Positions 23,369 to 24,703 of a DNA stretch of 24,703 bases are shown in pieces. The DNA comes from a virus (lineage: Duplodnaviria > Caudoviricetes). The notes beneath the pieces are model-generated. The model did no database searches. It was not told the DNA's origin and worked only from the letters and a program-made list of their open reading frames with translations. How positions within the stretch are numbered: the stretch's first letter is position 1; every line of letters begins with the position of its first letter. The DNA is taken from IMG/VR virus record IMGVR_UViG_3300028581_001803, positions 1 to 24,703 of that record. One strand, 5' to 3'. Position numbers and translations under genes: made by a program.

Positions 23369-24127
23369 ATGAGCGATCTGCAAACACAACGTCAAGAGAT
23401 ATATGATTTCGTCAAAAACATGCTGGGCGGTGGCATGGTTGAAGTGGAATTAGACCCCAGTCATTATGAAACTGCACTCACTAGAACCTTGGGCAGATAC
23501 CGTCAAAGATCCGACAATTCAGTGGAAGAAAGTTACATATTTTTAAACACAGTATTGGACCAGAATAGTTACACACTGGCCAATGAAATCATGGAAGTGA
23601 GACAGTTGTTCAGAAGATCAGTGGGATCACGTTCTGGTGGTGGAGATGGTGGCACATTGTTTGAACCTTTCAATCTAGCCTACACCAATACCTATCTATT
23701 GTCCAGCACCAATCTTGGCGGAATTGCCACCTACAACATGTTTTCACAATATCAAGAATTGGTGGGCAGAATGTTTGGAAGTTTTATTGAATTCAAATGG
23801 AATCCAACCACTAAAGTATTGACACTGTTGCAGAGACCCAGAGCCAACGAAACATTGCTGTTGCACGCTTATAATTTCAGACCTGAAAGTCAATTGTTGC
23901 AGGACTACAAAGCTAGAGAATGGATCAAAAGTTATACCTTGGCCAATTGCAAATACATGCTGGGCGAAGCCAGATCCAAATTCAACACTGTGGCAGGTCC
24001 ACAGGGAGGAACCACACTGAACGGTGACAGTCTCAAAACTGAAGCTCAAGCTGAAATGGACAGATTGGATGCAGAATTGGCCACTCAAATGGCTGGCGGT
24101 GTGGGCTATCATTTCACAATAGGTTAA
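23369..24127 (+). CDS. gp13: Neck protein, T4 gp13-like (252 aa)
   Basis: LG...V.VEL....., WIK.Y.LA..K..LG..RSKF....GP.GG.TLNG..L..EA..E...L..EL pattern. ATG 23369 with AGGA at 23359-23362 is preferred over 23315. Confidence 0.8.
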   Translation: MSDLQTQRQEIYDFVKNMLGGGMVEVELDPSHYETALTRTLGRYRQRSDNSVEESYIFLNTVLDQNSYTLANEIMEVRQLFRRSVGSRSGGGDGGTLFEPFNLAYTNTYLLSSTNLGGIATYNMFSQYQELVGRMFGSFIEFKWNPTTKVLTLLQRPRANETLLLHAYNFRPESQLLQDYKAREWIKSYTLANCKYMLGEARSKFNTVAGPQGGTTLNGDSLKTEAQAEMDRLDAELATQMAGGVGYHFTIG

Positions 24128-24134
24128 TATTTCA

Positions 24135-24163
24135 TTGACAATTGGTTAAATTTAAAGTACAAT
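24135..24163 (+). promoter_or_regulatory. Sigma70-type (early) promoter TTGACA-N17-TACAAT
   Basis: Perfect -35 at 24135-24140, 17-nt spacer, and 5/6 -10 at 24158-24163. An 8-bp inverted repeat (24153-24172) overlaps the -10. Confidence 0.8.
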
Positions 24164-24174
24164 AGTACTTTATT

Positions 24175-24703
24175 ATGATCATCGGAATTTGCGGATTGAT
24201 AGGCAGTGGCAAAGATACCATTGCTGACTATCTGGTTGAACAACACAATTTTCAAAAAATGTCTTTTGCTGACAAGCTCAAAGACGCTGTGGCCCAGATG
24301 TTTGAATGGGATAGACAGTTGCTGGATGGCAAAACAGATGAGAGTAGAGTATGGCGTGAACAGCCAGATGCATATTGGAGCAAAGAAGTGGGCAGCACAG
24401 TAACTCCTAGATTGGCTCTGCAAAAATTTGGCACAGAATGCATGCGCAATGGATTCTACGATGGTATATGGGTCAGTTTGGCCAAAAAGAAAATTATGGA
24501 TAATCCTCAAACTAACTGGGTGATTCCAGATGTGCGTTTTGTGAATGAAGCTGACATGATCAAAACAGTGGGTGGTCAAGTATGGTGGGTCAAAAGAGGC
24601 ACACTGCCATTATGGTTCAAAATATATCAAGATGTGGGAGTAGAACCCAAAGACATACACGCCAGTGAATGGGCTTGGGCTAGGTGTCAGTTTGACACAG
24701 AGT
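24175..24703 (+). CDS. Deoxynucleoside monophosphate kinase, 3'-truncated (absent from the ORF track)
   Basis: Translated by hand from ATG 24175: MIIGICGLIGSGKDTIADYL (P-loop), SFADKLKDAV, TPRLALQKFGTECMR, IWV, VIPDVRFVNE, HASE. Open to the window end. Confidence 0.9.
   Translation, partial: MIIGICGLIGSGKDTIADYLVEQHNFQKMSFADKLKDAVAQMFEWDRQLLDGKTDESRVWREQPDAYWSKEVGSTVTPRLALQKFGTECMRNGFYDGIWVSLAKKKIMDNPQTNWVIPDVRFVNEADMIKTVGGQVWWVKRGTLPLWFKIYQDVGVEPKDIHASEWAWARCQFDTE

Noticed and set aside
1-24703. Stop-codon reassignment, tRNA genes, introns/inteins and intrinsic terminators
   Set aside because: TAA, TAG and TGA all end genes at sensible boundaries, intergenic gaps are at most about 70 nt, and no GC-rich stem with U-tract or intein/homing endonuclease motif was seen.

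Overview
This window is a structural-gene region of a large T4-like (myovirus-type) dsDNA phage, read in the standard genetic code. On the + strand, 1-17823 carries fibre/baseplate-type genes: a truncated Thr/Gly-rich protein, small adaptor-like proteins, three tandem paralogous Gly/Cys-rich proteins (31-32 Cys each), a tail-fibre-chaperone-like gene, a GT9-like glycosyltransferase / NodU-type carbamoyltransferase / GT9-like glycosyltransferase cassette, and a 2149-aa modular protein. On the - strand, 17792-23316 is a tightly coupled run of gp14-like neck, gp15-like tail completion, Nudix, HldE, HldD and a cupin. A gp13-like neck gene is divergent from it and is followed by a truncated dNMP kinase with a near-consensus sigma70 promoter. 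T4 late-promoter-like (A/G)TAAATA motifs precede many genes. The most interesting signal is a candidate phage-encoded virion glycosylation system. ADP-heptose biosynthesis genes sit inside the neck/tail operon, and two heptosyltransferase-like enzymes lie beside the Cys-rich paralogs and a carbamoyltransferase. Both transferases have Arg at the position of the catalytic Asp. All family calls come from motif recognition by eye; no searches were run.
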